DNA of 64,000 bases from an uncultured Acidobacteriota bacterium (GTDB lineage Bacteria; Acidobacteriota; Vicinamibacteria; Vicinamibacterales; 2-12-FULL-66-21), in assembly GCA_963717745.1 (NCBI GenBank), contig CAVQXJ010000002.1, positions 222,063 to 286,062 of the forward strand. The letters are read 5' to 3'. A program made the position numbers and the translations under genes. Position 1 is the stretch's first letter. Every line of letters begins with the position of its first letter. Below, in pieces: positions 26,691-35,430 of this stretch. The notes beneath the pieces were generated by a model. That model did no database searches and had not been told where the DNA came from. It worked only from the letters and a program-made list of their open reading frames with translations.

Positions 26691-28506
26691 TCAGAACGCG
26701 TCGGGGACGGTCACCGGAATCCGGCCGGTGAGGACCTGCATCCATCGCCAGGCCGCGTTGGTGAGGATCACGATCACCGACACCATCATCATGATCGTCA
26801 GCCCGGTGTTGAGGTAGCCCTGGAAGTGCAGGGCGGGATTCGGTCCGATCGCCATCGGCCAGAAGTTGTCTGCACGCTCAGCACGCCCGCGGTCAGGGTG
26901 GTCACCGCCACGAACGAGAGCGGCAGCAGCGTGACCCACGCATAGCGCGCCTTGCCGCTGTTGATGATGATCGTCGTGCCGACCGCGAGCGCGACCGAGG
27001 CGAGGAGCTGGTTGGCGATCCCGAACATCGGCCAGATGGTGCTGATGCTGCCGGTCCAGATGAAATAGCCCCAGGCGCACACCACCAGCAGCGTGGACAC
27101 CACCGATCCGGGAATCCAATCCTGTCGGGCCATCGGCGCGTAGAACTGACCGAAGAACTCCTGCACCAGAAAGCGGGCGACCCGGGTGCCGGTGTCGATG
27201 GTGGTGAGGATGAACAGCGCCTCGAACATGATGGCGAAGTGATACCAGTAGTCCATCAGGCCGCGCATGCCGGGCAGGCCGGTGAAGATCTGCGCGATGC
27301 CGACCGCGAGCGAGACCGCGCCGCCGGGGCGGCCGGCGACGGTCTCGCCGACCGCGCTCTCGAGCTGCGGCAGGTTGACCACCGGAATGCCGAGGGTGGC
27401 GAAGGTGGCGGGCGAGGTGTTGATGGCGAAGTAGTCGCCCGGGTGCATCGCGGTCGCGGCGACGAGCGCCATGATCCCGACCAGGCCCTCGATCAGCATC
27501 GCGCCGTAGCCAATCGGCCGGATGTCGCTCTCGCGGTCGATCATCTTCGGCGTGGTGCCGGAGGCGATCAGGGCGTGGAAGCCGGAGATCGCCCCGCAGG
27601 CGATGGTGATGAAGGCGAAGGGAAAGACCGGTCCCGGAATGATCGGCCCGCCGCCGGCGGACGAACGGGCCGATCGCCGGCATCTGCAGCACCGGGTTCA
27701 CCACCATCACCGCGATCACGAGAAAGATGATGGTGCCGATCTTCATGAACGAGCTGAGATAGTCGCGCGGGCAGAGCAGCAGCCAGACCGGCAGCACCGA
27801 CGCGATGAAGCCGTAGATGCCCATCGCCACGATCAACTCGTTCGCGCGACAACTGGAAGAGCGGCCCCCACTCCGACGCGGCGATCGGCTTGCCGAGGAT
27901 CACGGCGAGCAGCAGGCCGGCCACGCCGATCGCGGTCGCCTCGGCGATCCGCCCCTTGCGGAAGCGGTACATGTAGAGGCCCATGAACAGGGCCAGCGGA
28001 ATCGACGTGCCGATGGTGAACGCGCCCCAGGCGCTCTCGTGCAGGGCGTTCACGACCGCGAGCCCGAGGCCGGCCAGGGCAATGACGATGATGAAGAGGA
28101 TCGCGACCGCCGCGGTGGCGCCGGCGACCGGCCCGATCTCTTCCCGGGTGATCTGCGCGAGCGATCGTCCTCCCCGCCGGGTCGAGGCCCAGAGGATGAT
28201 GAAGTCGTGGACCGCACCGGCCAGGCAGACGCCGGCGACCAGCCAGATCAGGCCCGGCGCCCAGCCGAACTGGGCGGCCAGGACCGGCCCGATCAGCGGT
28301 CCGGCGCCGGTAATTGCGGCAAAATGATGACCGAACAGCACGAAGCGGTGGGTCGGATGATAATTCTGCCCATCATTGCGCAGGTGCGCCGGGGTGATGC
28401 GCCGATCGTCGAGGGCCATGATCCGGGCCGCGATGAAGGCGCTGTAGTAGCGATACGCGATCGCGAGGATACAAAGGATGGGCAGGATGAGGTACAGAGC
28501 GCGCAT
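26691..28506 (-). pseudogene. cstA: carbon starvation protein A (CstA) gene with three frame disruptions
   Basis: CstA-like sequence is spread over ORFs 27568..28506, 26691..27836 and 26798..27544 ([57 protein letters not shown]). Frame switches near 27845, 27660 and 26872. Confidence 0.85.
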
Positions 28507-28558
28507 CGGGGGCGCAGTGTATCAAAATGACCGGTACACCCATTGCACGGGGGGCGGC

Positions 28559-31500
28559 ATGGCAAAAATTCGGGCGTCCGTGACGTGGCGCCTTTCTACG
28601 CTCGTTCTCGCTCTCGCGATCCTCGCGATCCCGGTGGCGGCCCAGGCCCAGGGCGGGTATTTCGGCCGTAACAAAGTGCAGTACCGGAAGTTCCAGTTCC
28701 AGGTGCTGAAGACCGAACACTTCGATATTCACTTCTATCCCGAAGAGGAAGCCGCGGCGCGGGCGACCGCGCGGATGGCCGAGCGCTGGTACGCCCGCCT
28801 CTCGAAACTGCTGAACCACGAGCTGCGGGGCCGCCAGCCGGTCATTCTCTACGCCAGCGCCCCGCACTTCTGGCAGACGACGGCGCTGGAAGGGGAGATG
28901 GGCGAGGGGACGGGCGGTGTCACTGAAGCCTACAAGCGACGTATCGTCCTGCCACTCGCCGGCCCGCTCCAGCTGACCGACCACGTGTTCGGCCACGAGC
29001 TGGTCCACGCGTTCCAGTACGACATCACCAACACCAACGTCAGCTCCGGAAACGGCGGAGCCCTGAACCTGCCGCTCTGGTTCATCGAAGGGATGGCGGA
29101 ATATCTGTCGATCGGCCCGGTCGACCCCCACACCTCGATGTGGATGCGCGAGGCGGCCAGGCGCGAGAAGCTGCCCACCATCGACCAGCTCGATGACCCC
29201 CGCTATTTCCCGTATCGCTACGGCCATGCCTTGTGGGCGTATATCGGCGGCCGATTCGGCGACGAGGTCGTCGGGGACATGCTCCGGGCAGGCGGTCTCT
29301 CCCGCGGCGGCTACGAGGTGGCGTTCGAGGGGGTGCTGCAGGTCAAGACGGCGGACCTCTCGAAGGAATGGCACGACACCTTGTTCCAGGCCTATCGGCC
29401 AATCGCCGAGGCGACCAAGATGCCGGCCGACATCGGCCGTCCGGTGATCAAGAAGCGCCGCGAAGGGGAGCTCAACGTCAGCCCGGAGCTGAGCCCGGAC
29501 GGCTCGAAGGTGATCTTCTTCTCCGAGCGTGACCTCTTCTCGATCGATCTGTTCGTCGCCGACGCCAAGACCGGCGAAGTGCTGCGCAAGATCACCGACA
29601 CGGCGACCAGCGCCCACACCGAGAGTCTGCAGTTCATTGCCTCGGCCGGCGCGTGGGATCAGACCAGCAAAAAGTTCGTGTTTCCTGGTATCGCCAGAGG
29701 ACAGGCGGTGCTCACAATTGTGGACGTGGACCGCGCCAAGAAAGAGCGCGAAATCGCCATCGCCGGCGTAGACGAGGTGCAGAATCCGACCTGGTCGCCC
29801 GACGGCAACTCGATCGCATTCTCCGGCATGGCCGGTGGCTTCACCGACCTGTTCGTCTACGATCTGAGCGCGAATCAGTTGAAGCGCCTGACGACCGATC
29901 AGTTCGCCGAGCTGGATCCCGCGTGGTCGCCCGACGGCAAGACGCTGGCGTTCAGCACCGATCGCTTCACGACCAATCTGCAGACCCTCGTCGCCGGCGA
30001 TTTCCGGCTGGCGCTGCTCGACCTCGCCGCGGGCACGATCCGGACCGCGGGCGGGTTCGAAGGCGCGAAGAACATCAGTCCGCAGTGGACGACCGACGGC
30101 AAGGCGCTGTACTTCGTCTCCGATCGCGGCGGCATCTCGAACATCTATCGCACGGAGTTCGGTGGCGCGACGACCCAGCTCACGAACCTGCTGACCGGCA
30201 TCAGCGGCATCACCGAGCTGAGCCCGTCGCTCTCCGCCGCGGACGGACGTCTCGTCTTCAGCGCCTACGAAGACAACGGCTACACCATCTACGCACTGGA
30301 GACGGCCGCACAGTTGGCCGGCGTGCCGGTGCAGGAGCTGCCGATCAACGCGGCGGTGCTGCCGCCGCGCAAAGAAGGGGCGGGGCCGGTGTTCGCGGCG
30401 CTGGAGAATGAAACGCTCGGACTGCCGCCCGAGAGTGCGGCCGCGGTCCCCGCAGAGGAATACAAGCCGAAGCTGGGTCTCGACTTCGCGGGTCAGCCGA
30501 CGATCGGCGTCGGGAGGGATCCGTTCGGCACGTATGCGGCCGGCGGCGTGTCGTTCGTGTTCAGCGACATGCTCGGCAACCACACGCTCTACACCGGCGC
30601 GCAGGTGACCAGCCGCTTCGACGAGTTCGGCGGCACGGCGACCTACATCAACCGCACGCACCGGTGGAACTGGGGCGTCTCGCTCGACCAGACGCCGTAC
30701 GTCTATCGCACGTTCGGCGCGGGGATTTCGGTGGTGCAGGGTGTGCCAGTCTACGTCGAGGAGGAGTTCCGCATTCTCCAGATCGACCGCTCGCTGTCCG
30801 GGCTGATCTCCTATCCGTTCTCCCGATCGCTGCGCGTCGACTTCAGCGGCGGGGGGCGCCAGATTGGATTCAAGCAGGACCAGACGACGCGGTTGTTCGA
30901 CTACAACTCCGGGCAGCAGCTGTCGCAGGATCGGACCACCATTTCGGACGAGCCGATGTTGAATCTCGGCGAGGCGTCGGGGGCGCTGGTGTTCGACACC
31001 GCCATCAACGGCATCACCAGCCCGATTCGCGGCAGCCGGTATCGCCTCGAAGCGGCGCAGACGACGGGGTCGCTCACGTTCACCGGTCTGACCGCCGACT
31101 TCCGCACCTACCTGATGCCGGTGCGTCCGTTCACGTTCGCGTTCCGCGGGCTGTATTACGGCCGCCACGGCGGCGATGCGGAAGACCAGCGGCTGCCGAC
31201 GCTGTATCTCGGCTATCCCGGGCTGGTCCGCGGCTACGACTCCGGATCGTTCGAGTCGACGGAATGCGGCATCACGGCCGACGGATCCTGCCCCGCGTTC
31301 GATCGCCTGCTCGGCAGCCGGGTGGCGATCTTCAACGCCGAGATCCGCTTCCCGTTGTGGGGCGCGTTGGGGGGCAGCAACTTCTACGGTCCGCTGCCGA
31401 TCGAGATGGCGGTCTTCGCCGACAGCGGCGTGGCGTGGGGGCAGAACAACAGCCCGTTCTTCGGCGGCAGCAACAAGGAGCCGGTGACCAGCGTCGGCGC

Positions 31501-31615
31501 GGCGATGCGCGTCAATCTGTTCGGCTTCGCGGTCGGCGAAATCGATTTCGTCCGCCCGCTCGACCGGCCGGGGCGTGGATGGCTCTGGCAGTTCAACCTG
31601 ATGCCGGGCTTCTAG
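28559..31615 (+). CDS. outer-membrane multidomain protein: MA-clan HExxH peptidase-like N-terminus + TolB/PD40 beta-propeller repeats + Omp85/D15-type beta-barrel
   Basis: ORF 28478..31615 trimmed to ATG 28559 (signal peptide). HELVHAFQ...FIEGMAEYLS. PD40-like WSPDGxxxxF repeats. The C-terminal FNAEIRFPLWG...GEIDFVRPL...WLWQFNLMPGF is Omp85-like. Confidence 0.8.
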   Translation: MAKIRASVTWRLSTLVLALAILAIPVAAQAQGGYFGRNKVQYRKFQFQVLKTEHFDIHFYPEEEAAARATARMAERWYARLSKLLNHELRGRQPVILYASAPHFWQTTALEGEMGEGTGGVTEAYKRRIVLPLAGPLQLTDHVFGHELVHAFQYDITNTNVSSGNGGALNLPLWFIEGMAEYLSIGPVDPHTSMWMREAARREKLPTIDQLDDPRYFPYRYGHALWAYIGGRFGDEVVGDMLRAGGLSRGGYEVAFEGVLQVKTADLSKEWHDTLFQAYRPIAEATKMPADIGRPVIKKRREGELNVSPELSPDGSKVIFFSERDLFSIDLFVADAKTGEVLRKITDTATSAHTESLQFIASAGAWDQTSKKFVFPGIARGQAVLTIVDVDRAKKEREIAIAGVDEVQNPTWSPDGNSIAFSGMAGGFTDLFVYDLSANQLKRLTTDQFAELDPAWSPDGKTLAFSTDRFTTNLQTLVAGDFRLALLDLAAGTIRTAGGFEGAKNISPQWTTDGKALYFVSDRGGISNIYRTEFGGATTQLTNLLTGISGITELSPSLSAADGRLVFSAYEDNGYTIYALETAAQLAGVPVQELPINAAVLPPRKEGAGPVFAALENETLGLPPESAAAVPAEEYKPKLGLDFAGQPTIGVGRDPFGTYAAGGVSFVFSDMLGNHTLYTGAQVTSRFDEFGGTATYINRTHRWNWGVSLDQTPYVYRTFGAGISVVQGVPVYVEEEFRILQIDRSLSGLISYPFSRSLRVDFSGGGRQIGFKQDQTTRLFDYNSGQQLSQDRTTISDEPMLNLGEASGALVFDTAINGITSPIRGSRYRLEAAQTTGSLTFTGLTADFRTYLMPVRPFTFAFRGLYYGRHGGDAEDQRLPTLYLGYPGLVRGYDSGSFESTECGITADGSCPAFDRLLGSRVAIFNAEIRFPLWGALGGSNFYGPLPIEMAVFADSGVAWGQNNSPFFGGSNKEPVTSVGAAMRVNLFGFAVGEIDFVRPLDRPGRGWLWQFNLMPGF

Positions 31616-31623
31616 GGAGCTTC

Positions 31624-31660
31624 GCTGTCAAGGGAGAAGGCAGAAGGGAAAAGGGAGAAC
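31624..31660. repeat. repeat family B copy 2 (single arm)
   Basis: GCTGTCAAGGGAGAAGGCAGAAGGGAAAAGGGAGAAC lies between two convergent stop codons. Its last 34 nt are identical to the reverse complement of 52014-52047. Confidence 0.85.
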
Positions 31661-32139
31661 TAGATCGACTCCAGCTGCTGGTAGTGGTGGATGTCGTGGC
31701 CAGCCATCTGCGCCGCGATCCACCACACGTTCAACGTCCCGAACTCCGGGTGCGTGAACGTGCGTTCCCGCTGCTTCGTCGTCAGTGCCCGCCACATCCC
31801 CAGGTTCATGTCCCGCAGCGATGTATAGGCGTTCAGTGCGGTCCGGGCGGCCATGCCGCTGTCGAGCGGTATCCAGTCGTCTTGTGAGAACGACTGCGCG
31901 TTGTACTCATCCTGGCTGAGCGCATACCGGGCGCGCGTCGTCAGCGCCAGCTCGGTCTGCGCCAGGTGGATCAGGATCTGCCGGGCGCTCCATTTGCCAG
32001 TCGCATAACTGCGTTCGAACTCCGCGTCCGTCCAGCCGTCGACCAGGGCTCGAATCTTCCCGGGGGTGTCGCCGAGCGCCTCGAGCGGCTCGCGATCGCC
32101 GAGCGGAGCGCCGTAGGGGTTGGGGGCAATCTGAGTCAT
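31660..32139 (-). CDS. DinB-family metal-dependent four-helix-bundle protein
   Basis: WSARQILIHLAQTELALTTR...MAGHDIHHYQQL, a typical DinB His triad context. Confidence 0.8.
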   Translation of the reverse strand: MTQIAPNPYGAPLGDREPLEALGDTPGKIRALVDGWTDAEFERSYATGKWSARQILIHLAQTELALTTRARYALSQDEYNAQSFSQDDWIPLDSGMAARTALNAYTSLRDMNLGMWRALTTKQRERTFTHPEFGTLNVWWIAAQMAGHDIHHYQQLESI

Positions 32140-32175
32140 CGGGAGATAATGGCCGGTGTCGATGGGCAGAGGGCA

Positions 32176-32312
32176 ACCCCCAAATCCCTAATCACTAATC
32201 CCAAGCTCCCTAATCCGCAATCCCTCAACTCCCAAATCCACTGAATCCCAGATCCCTAATCCGAACCTCGCGAACCCGCGGAACCCGGACTGGACAGCGG
32301 ACAGCGGAGCAG
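32176..32312. repeat. repeat family D copy 1: degenerate 7-8-nt tandem units (TCCCTAATC ... CGCGAACCC ... GGACAGC GGACAGC)
   Basis: 32261-32307 CCGAACCTCGCGAACCCGCGGAACCCGGACTGGACAGCGGACAGCGG matches the reverse complement of 42221-42270 (about 38/47 by eye). Confidence 0.8.
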
Positions 32313-32371
32313 GGAGGGGACGACCCTCGTAGACAAATCGGGGCGCGTGCCGCGTCTATAGTTTGTGCAGC

Positions 32372-32884
32372 ATGACGGCGGATGAGCCGGAAGATGATCT
32401 TGGCCGGCTCTATGACCGGTTTGGCGCCGCGCTCTACCGTTATGCGCTCATGATTCTCGGCCGTCATGACGCGGCTGAGGATGCCGTGCAGCAGGTCTTT
32501 CTCGCGCTCGTGCGGACCCGTGACGCGCGGTTCCGGGAGCCCGAGCACTACCTCCGGCGGGCGGTCCGCAACGCCTGCTACTCGCGATTGCGATCGCCGG
32601 CACTCGTCACCGCCGATCGTCATCCTGATTCGAGCCGTCCGCTGCTGGAGCTGGTGCCGGATCAGCCGGCCGGACGAGCGAGTCCCGAAGATCGGCTCGC
32701 GCTGGAGTCGGCGATCGCCCGGCTGCCGCCGGAGCAGCGCGAAGTCCTGCACCTCCACGCGTTCGAGGGGATGACTTTCAAAGAAGTGGCCGAGGCGACT
32801 GGCGATCCGCCGAACACCGTGGCCAGCCGGTATCGATACGCGATCGAGAAGCTCAAGCTGTCCCTGTCGGAGACGACGAAATGA
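32372..32884 (+). CDS. ECF-type RNA polymerase sigma-70 factor
   Basis: ORF 32363..32884; ATG at 32372. Region 2 (AEDAVQQVFLAL) and region 4 (LPPEQREVLHLHAFEGMTFKEVAEATGDPPNTVASRYRYAIEKL). Confidence 0.85.
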   Translation: MTADEPEDDLGRLYDRFGAALYRYALMILGRHDAAEDAVQQVFLALVRTRDARFREPEHYLRRAVRNACYSRLRSPALVTADRHPDSSRPLLELVPDQPAGRASPEDRLALESAIARLPPEQREVLHLHAFEGMTFKEVAEATGDPPNTVASRYRYAIEKLKLSLSETTK

Positions 32885-33234
32885 ACGACGACCAGATGGA
32901 AGACCTGCTCAGACGTGTGCGCCCGGTCGGGCCCCGTCCGGAGCTTCGCGCGCGGATCGTCGCGGCGCGGCGGCCAGCCGCGCGAGCCTGGCCGTGGGTG
33001 AGTGCGGCAGCGGCGCTGCTCGCGATCACAGTCGCCCTGCCGAGGACCAATGGGCAGTCACCAGGACGCACGCTGGAGTCCACTTCTTGGGAGATAGAGC
33101 AGGTCCTCCTCGCTGAAATGCTCGGCGGCGATGCCGAAGCGCGGCGGCTGGCGGAGCAGATCGTCGCGATCAACGAGTTGCGCGCCGCCGTTATTCCAAT
33201 TCCGCCGTCAGCCACGAATGTTGAGAGTCAGTGA
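32881..33234 (+). CDS. putative anti-sigma factor (single TM)
   Basis: ATGA overlap with the sigma gene. 117 aa with a central TM (WPWVSAAAALLAITVAL). Assignment by position only. Confidence 0.55.
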   Translation: MNDDQMEDLLRRVRPVGPRPELRARIVAARRPAARAWPWVSAAAALLAITVALPRTNGQSPGRTLESTSWEIEQVLLAEMLGGDAEARRLAEQIVAINELRAAVIPIPPSATNVESQ

Positions 33235-34616
33235 TGAACGATCACCTGCCACGTCCGGCGCGCATTCGACCCGGTGTCCGCCGCGCCGCCATCGCCGCTT
33301 GCATTGTCCTGCTGCCGTTTGCCGTGCGCGCGTTGTGGGAGCACGTCGAGATGCGGCGCCTGCTGCGCGAGATGGACGGGATCCTGGCCAAGGGGGAGCC
33401 GGTCGTCGAGTCGGGATTCACCGGCACCACTGATGAGCACAAACGCAGCGCCACTCAGTACCTGGCCGCGGCGGTCCTCGCATCGCAGACCCGTGCGCCG
33501 GGCAGGGCCGCCGCGACGGAGCTGGCGGAGTGGATCGGTGCGGGCGTGGCTCGCAAACACTCGGACGCGGAACTGGCGGAGCAACTCAAAGGTGTCACCG
33601 ACGCGCAGCAGGACGCGTTGCGGCTCACGGATTCCGCCAACCGGCTCGAGTTCCGAGGGTTCAATCCCGGCCACGAGTTCAGCTATCGCACCTCGAGCCT
33701 GATGTTGCTCGCGCAGGTAGTGGCGTCGCGGACGCTGCAGCTGGCGCTGGACGGCAGGGGCGACGAGGCTGCTCAATCCGCTGTCGCCTCGCTCAGGCTG
33801 CGGCCGGTCGCCAACGACCTGTGGATGAGCGTGGTCTGGCCGGACCATCAGGTCCCGCCGGTGCTCAGCCTCTCATCGATCTCCGAGGCCGCGCTCCGCG
33901 ACCTTCAAGGCGCGCTCGAAGCGAGCGAGCAGACGTTCGACGCGGCGAAGATCCTGGTCGATTTCCGGGCGCGGATGCTCGAGGCGATCTGGGGACAGGT
34001 GTACGGAGATCCACGCAGTCCGCACTCGTATCGTTTTCGTCCCGCCGGCGTCGGCCAATGGGTGATGCGGCCGTGGCTGGCGCACCAGTTGACCAACGAC
34101 CTGCAGATCTGGGACGAGATGATCGACGCCGCGCGCCGGCCGTGGCCCGAGAAGGTGTCGGCCGTCAAGGCGGTGCGGGACAAATACGCGTACAGGTATG
34201 AGCGTCCGGTCGGGCGCCAGGGACGCTTCCTGCCTCGATTGGACGGCTTCGTGCCGGATGGACTCCGAGACCTCGACATCGAGCGGTTCGTAGGGGATCG
34301 CGCTTCGCGCATCGCCGTGGCCATCACCCGCTACCGCCTCGCGCACGGAGGGAGGCTTCCCGCCAGGCTCGAAGAGCTGGTTCCCGGCTACCTCGCGGCC
34401 GTGCCACAGGATCCGCTGTCGGGCGGGCCGATGCGCTTTCGCATCGAGCCAGGCGCGTACACGGTCTACAGCGTCGGCCTGGACGGTGATGACGACGGTG
34501 GGGACCTCGCCTCGGAGCTGAAGGAGATCATCAAGCGTGGCTGGGGCCGCAGGCTAATCCGTGGTCAGGACGTTGGCGTTCGGGTGCTCGTGAGGGAAGC
34601 GACCCATGACCGATAA
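33234..34616 (+). CDS. membrane-anchored hypothetical protein, third gene of the ECF operon
   Basis: TGATG overlap with the upstream gene. N-terminal TM (AAIAACIVLLPFAV). The C-terminus DPLSGGPMRFRIEPGAYTVYSVGLDGDDDGGD is weakly pseudopilin-like. Confidence 0.6.
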   Translation: MNDHLPRPARIRPGVRRAAIAACIVLLPFAVRALWEHVEMRRLLREMDGILAKGEPVVESGFTGTTDEHKRSATQYLAAAVLASQTRAPGRAAATELAEWIGAGVARKHSDAELAEQLKGVTDAQQDALRLTDSANRLEFRGFNPGHEFSYRTSSLMLLAQVVASRTLQLALDGRGDEAAQSAVASLRLRPVANDLWMSVVWPDHQVPPVLSLSSISEAALRDLQGALEASEQTFDAAKILVDFRARMLEAIWGQVYGDPRSPHSYRFRPAGVGQWVMRPWLAHQLTNDLQIWDEMIDAARRPWPEKVSAVKAVRDKYAYRYERPVGRQGRFLPRLDGFVPDGLRDLDIERFVGDRASRIAVAITRYRLAHGGRLPARLEELVPGYLAAVPQDPLSGGPMRFRIEPGAYTVYSVGLDGDDDGGDLASELKEIIKRGWGRRLIRGQDVGVRVLVREATHDR

Positions 34617-34625
34617 TGAAAGGCA

Positions 34626-35390
34626 TTGGACGTCCACATTCTGGAGAGCGAACATCTCGGCACCAGCCGCCGCATCACCGTCCTTCGTCCGGCAACTGGG
34701 GGCACGAGCACAGCGCCGGCGCCGGTCCTGTATCTGAACGACGGGCAGAATCTCTTCGATCCCACACGAGCCTTCGCCGGCAACACCTGGCGGGTCTCGG
34801 AGACCGTCACCCACCTGGTCGCTCAGCAACGCATCCCCCCTCTCCTCATCGTCGGGATCGACCACGGCGAGGTGCGGCGCGCCCGGGAGTATCTGCCGGT
34901 CGAAGACGAGCGCAACCCGCATGCGCGCCGGCCTCTGGGTCGGCAGTACGTGGAGTTCGTGACACGCGAGGTCGTCCCGTTCGTCGAGCATCATTATCCG
35001 GTGTCGCGACGCACCTCCGGACGGGCGTTCGGGGGCTCGTCCTACGGCGCGGTCGCCGCGTTGCTGACGGTGCTGGAACGGCCGGGCATGTTCGGGCGGC
35101 TGCTTCTCGAGAGCCCATCCTTATATGTCGGTGGACGGTTCCTGCTGCGAAAGGCGCGGCGCGCGCCACGCTGGCCGGCGCGGGTGTATCTCGGTGTCGG
35201 GACCGCCGAAACCTCCCGTCCGGACCTCAACCGGGAGACGGTCGAAAACGTGCGGACGCTGGAATCCCTCCTGCGCGGTGCCGGTCTCGGGCAGAAACGG
35301 CTGAAGGTGGTGGTCAAGGAAGGCGCGAGCCATTCGGAAGGGGCCTGGGCCGACCGGTTGCCGGAAGCGCTGGCCTTCTTGTTCGGGTGA
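34626..35390 (+). CDS. esterase-family alpha/beta hydrolase (esterase D / enterochelin-esterase-like)
   Basis: PVLYLNDGQNLFD...PPLLIVGIDHG...GGSSYGAVAAL nucleophile motif. TTG start inferred. Confidence 0.75.
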   Translation: MDVHILESEHLGTSRRITVLRPATGGTSTAPAPVLYLNDGQNLFDPTRAFAGNTWRVSETVTHLVAQQRIPPLLIVGIDHGEVRRAREYLPVEDERNPHARRPLGRQYVEFVTREVVPFVEHHYPVSRRTSGRAFGGSSYGAVAALLTVLERPGMFGRLLLESPSLYVGGRFLLRKARRAPRWPARVYLGVGTAETSRPDLNRETVENVRTLESLLRGAGLGQKRLKVVVKEGASHSEGAWADRLPEALAFLFG

Positions 35391-35430
35391 CCCTTTCAAC
35401 CTTCGGAGGGGTGTGGCCGTCCAAGCTGCC

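Noticed and set aside
32181-32262. CCCTAA(TC)-type units resembling eukaryotic telomere repeats.
   Set aside because: The units are irregular (TCCCTAATC, ACTAATCCC, CCCAAATCC, GAATCCCAG), sit inside a bacterial promoter region, and grade into unrelated GC-rich units. This is judged a coincidental resemblance within repeat family D.
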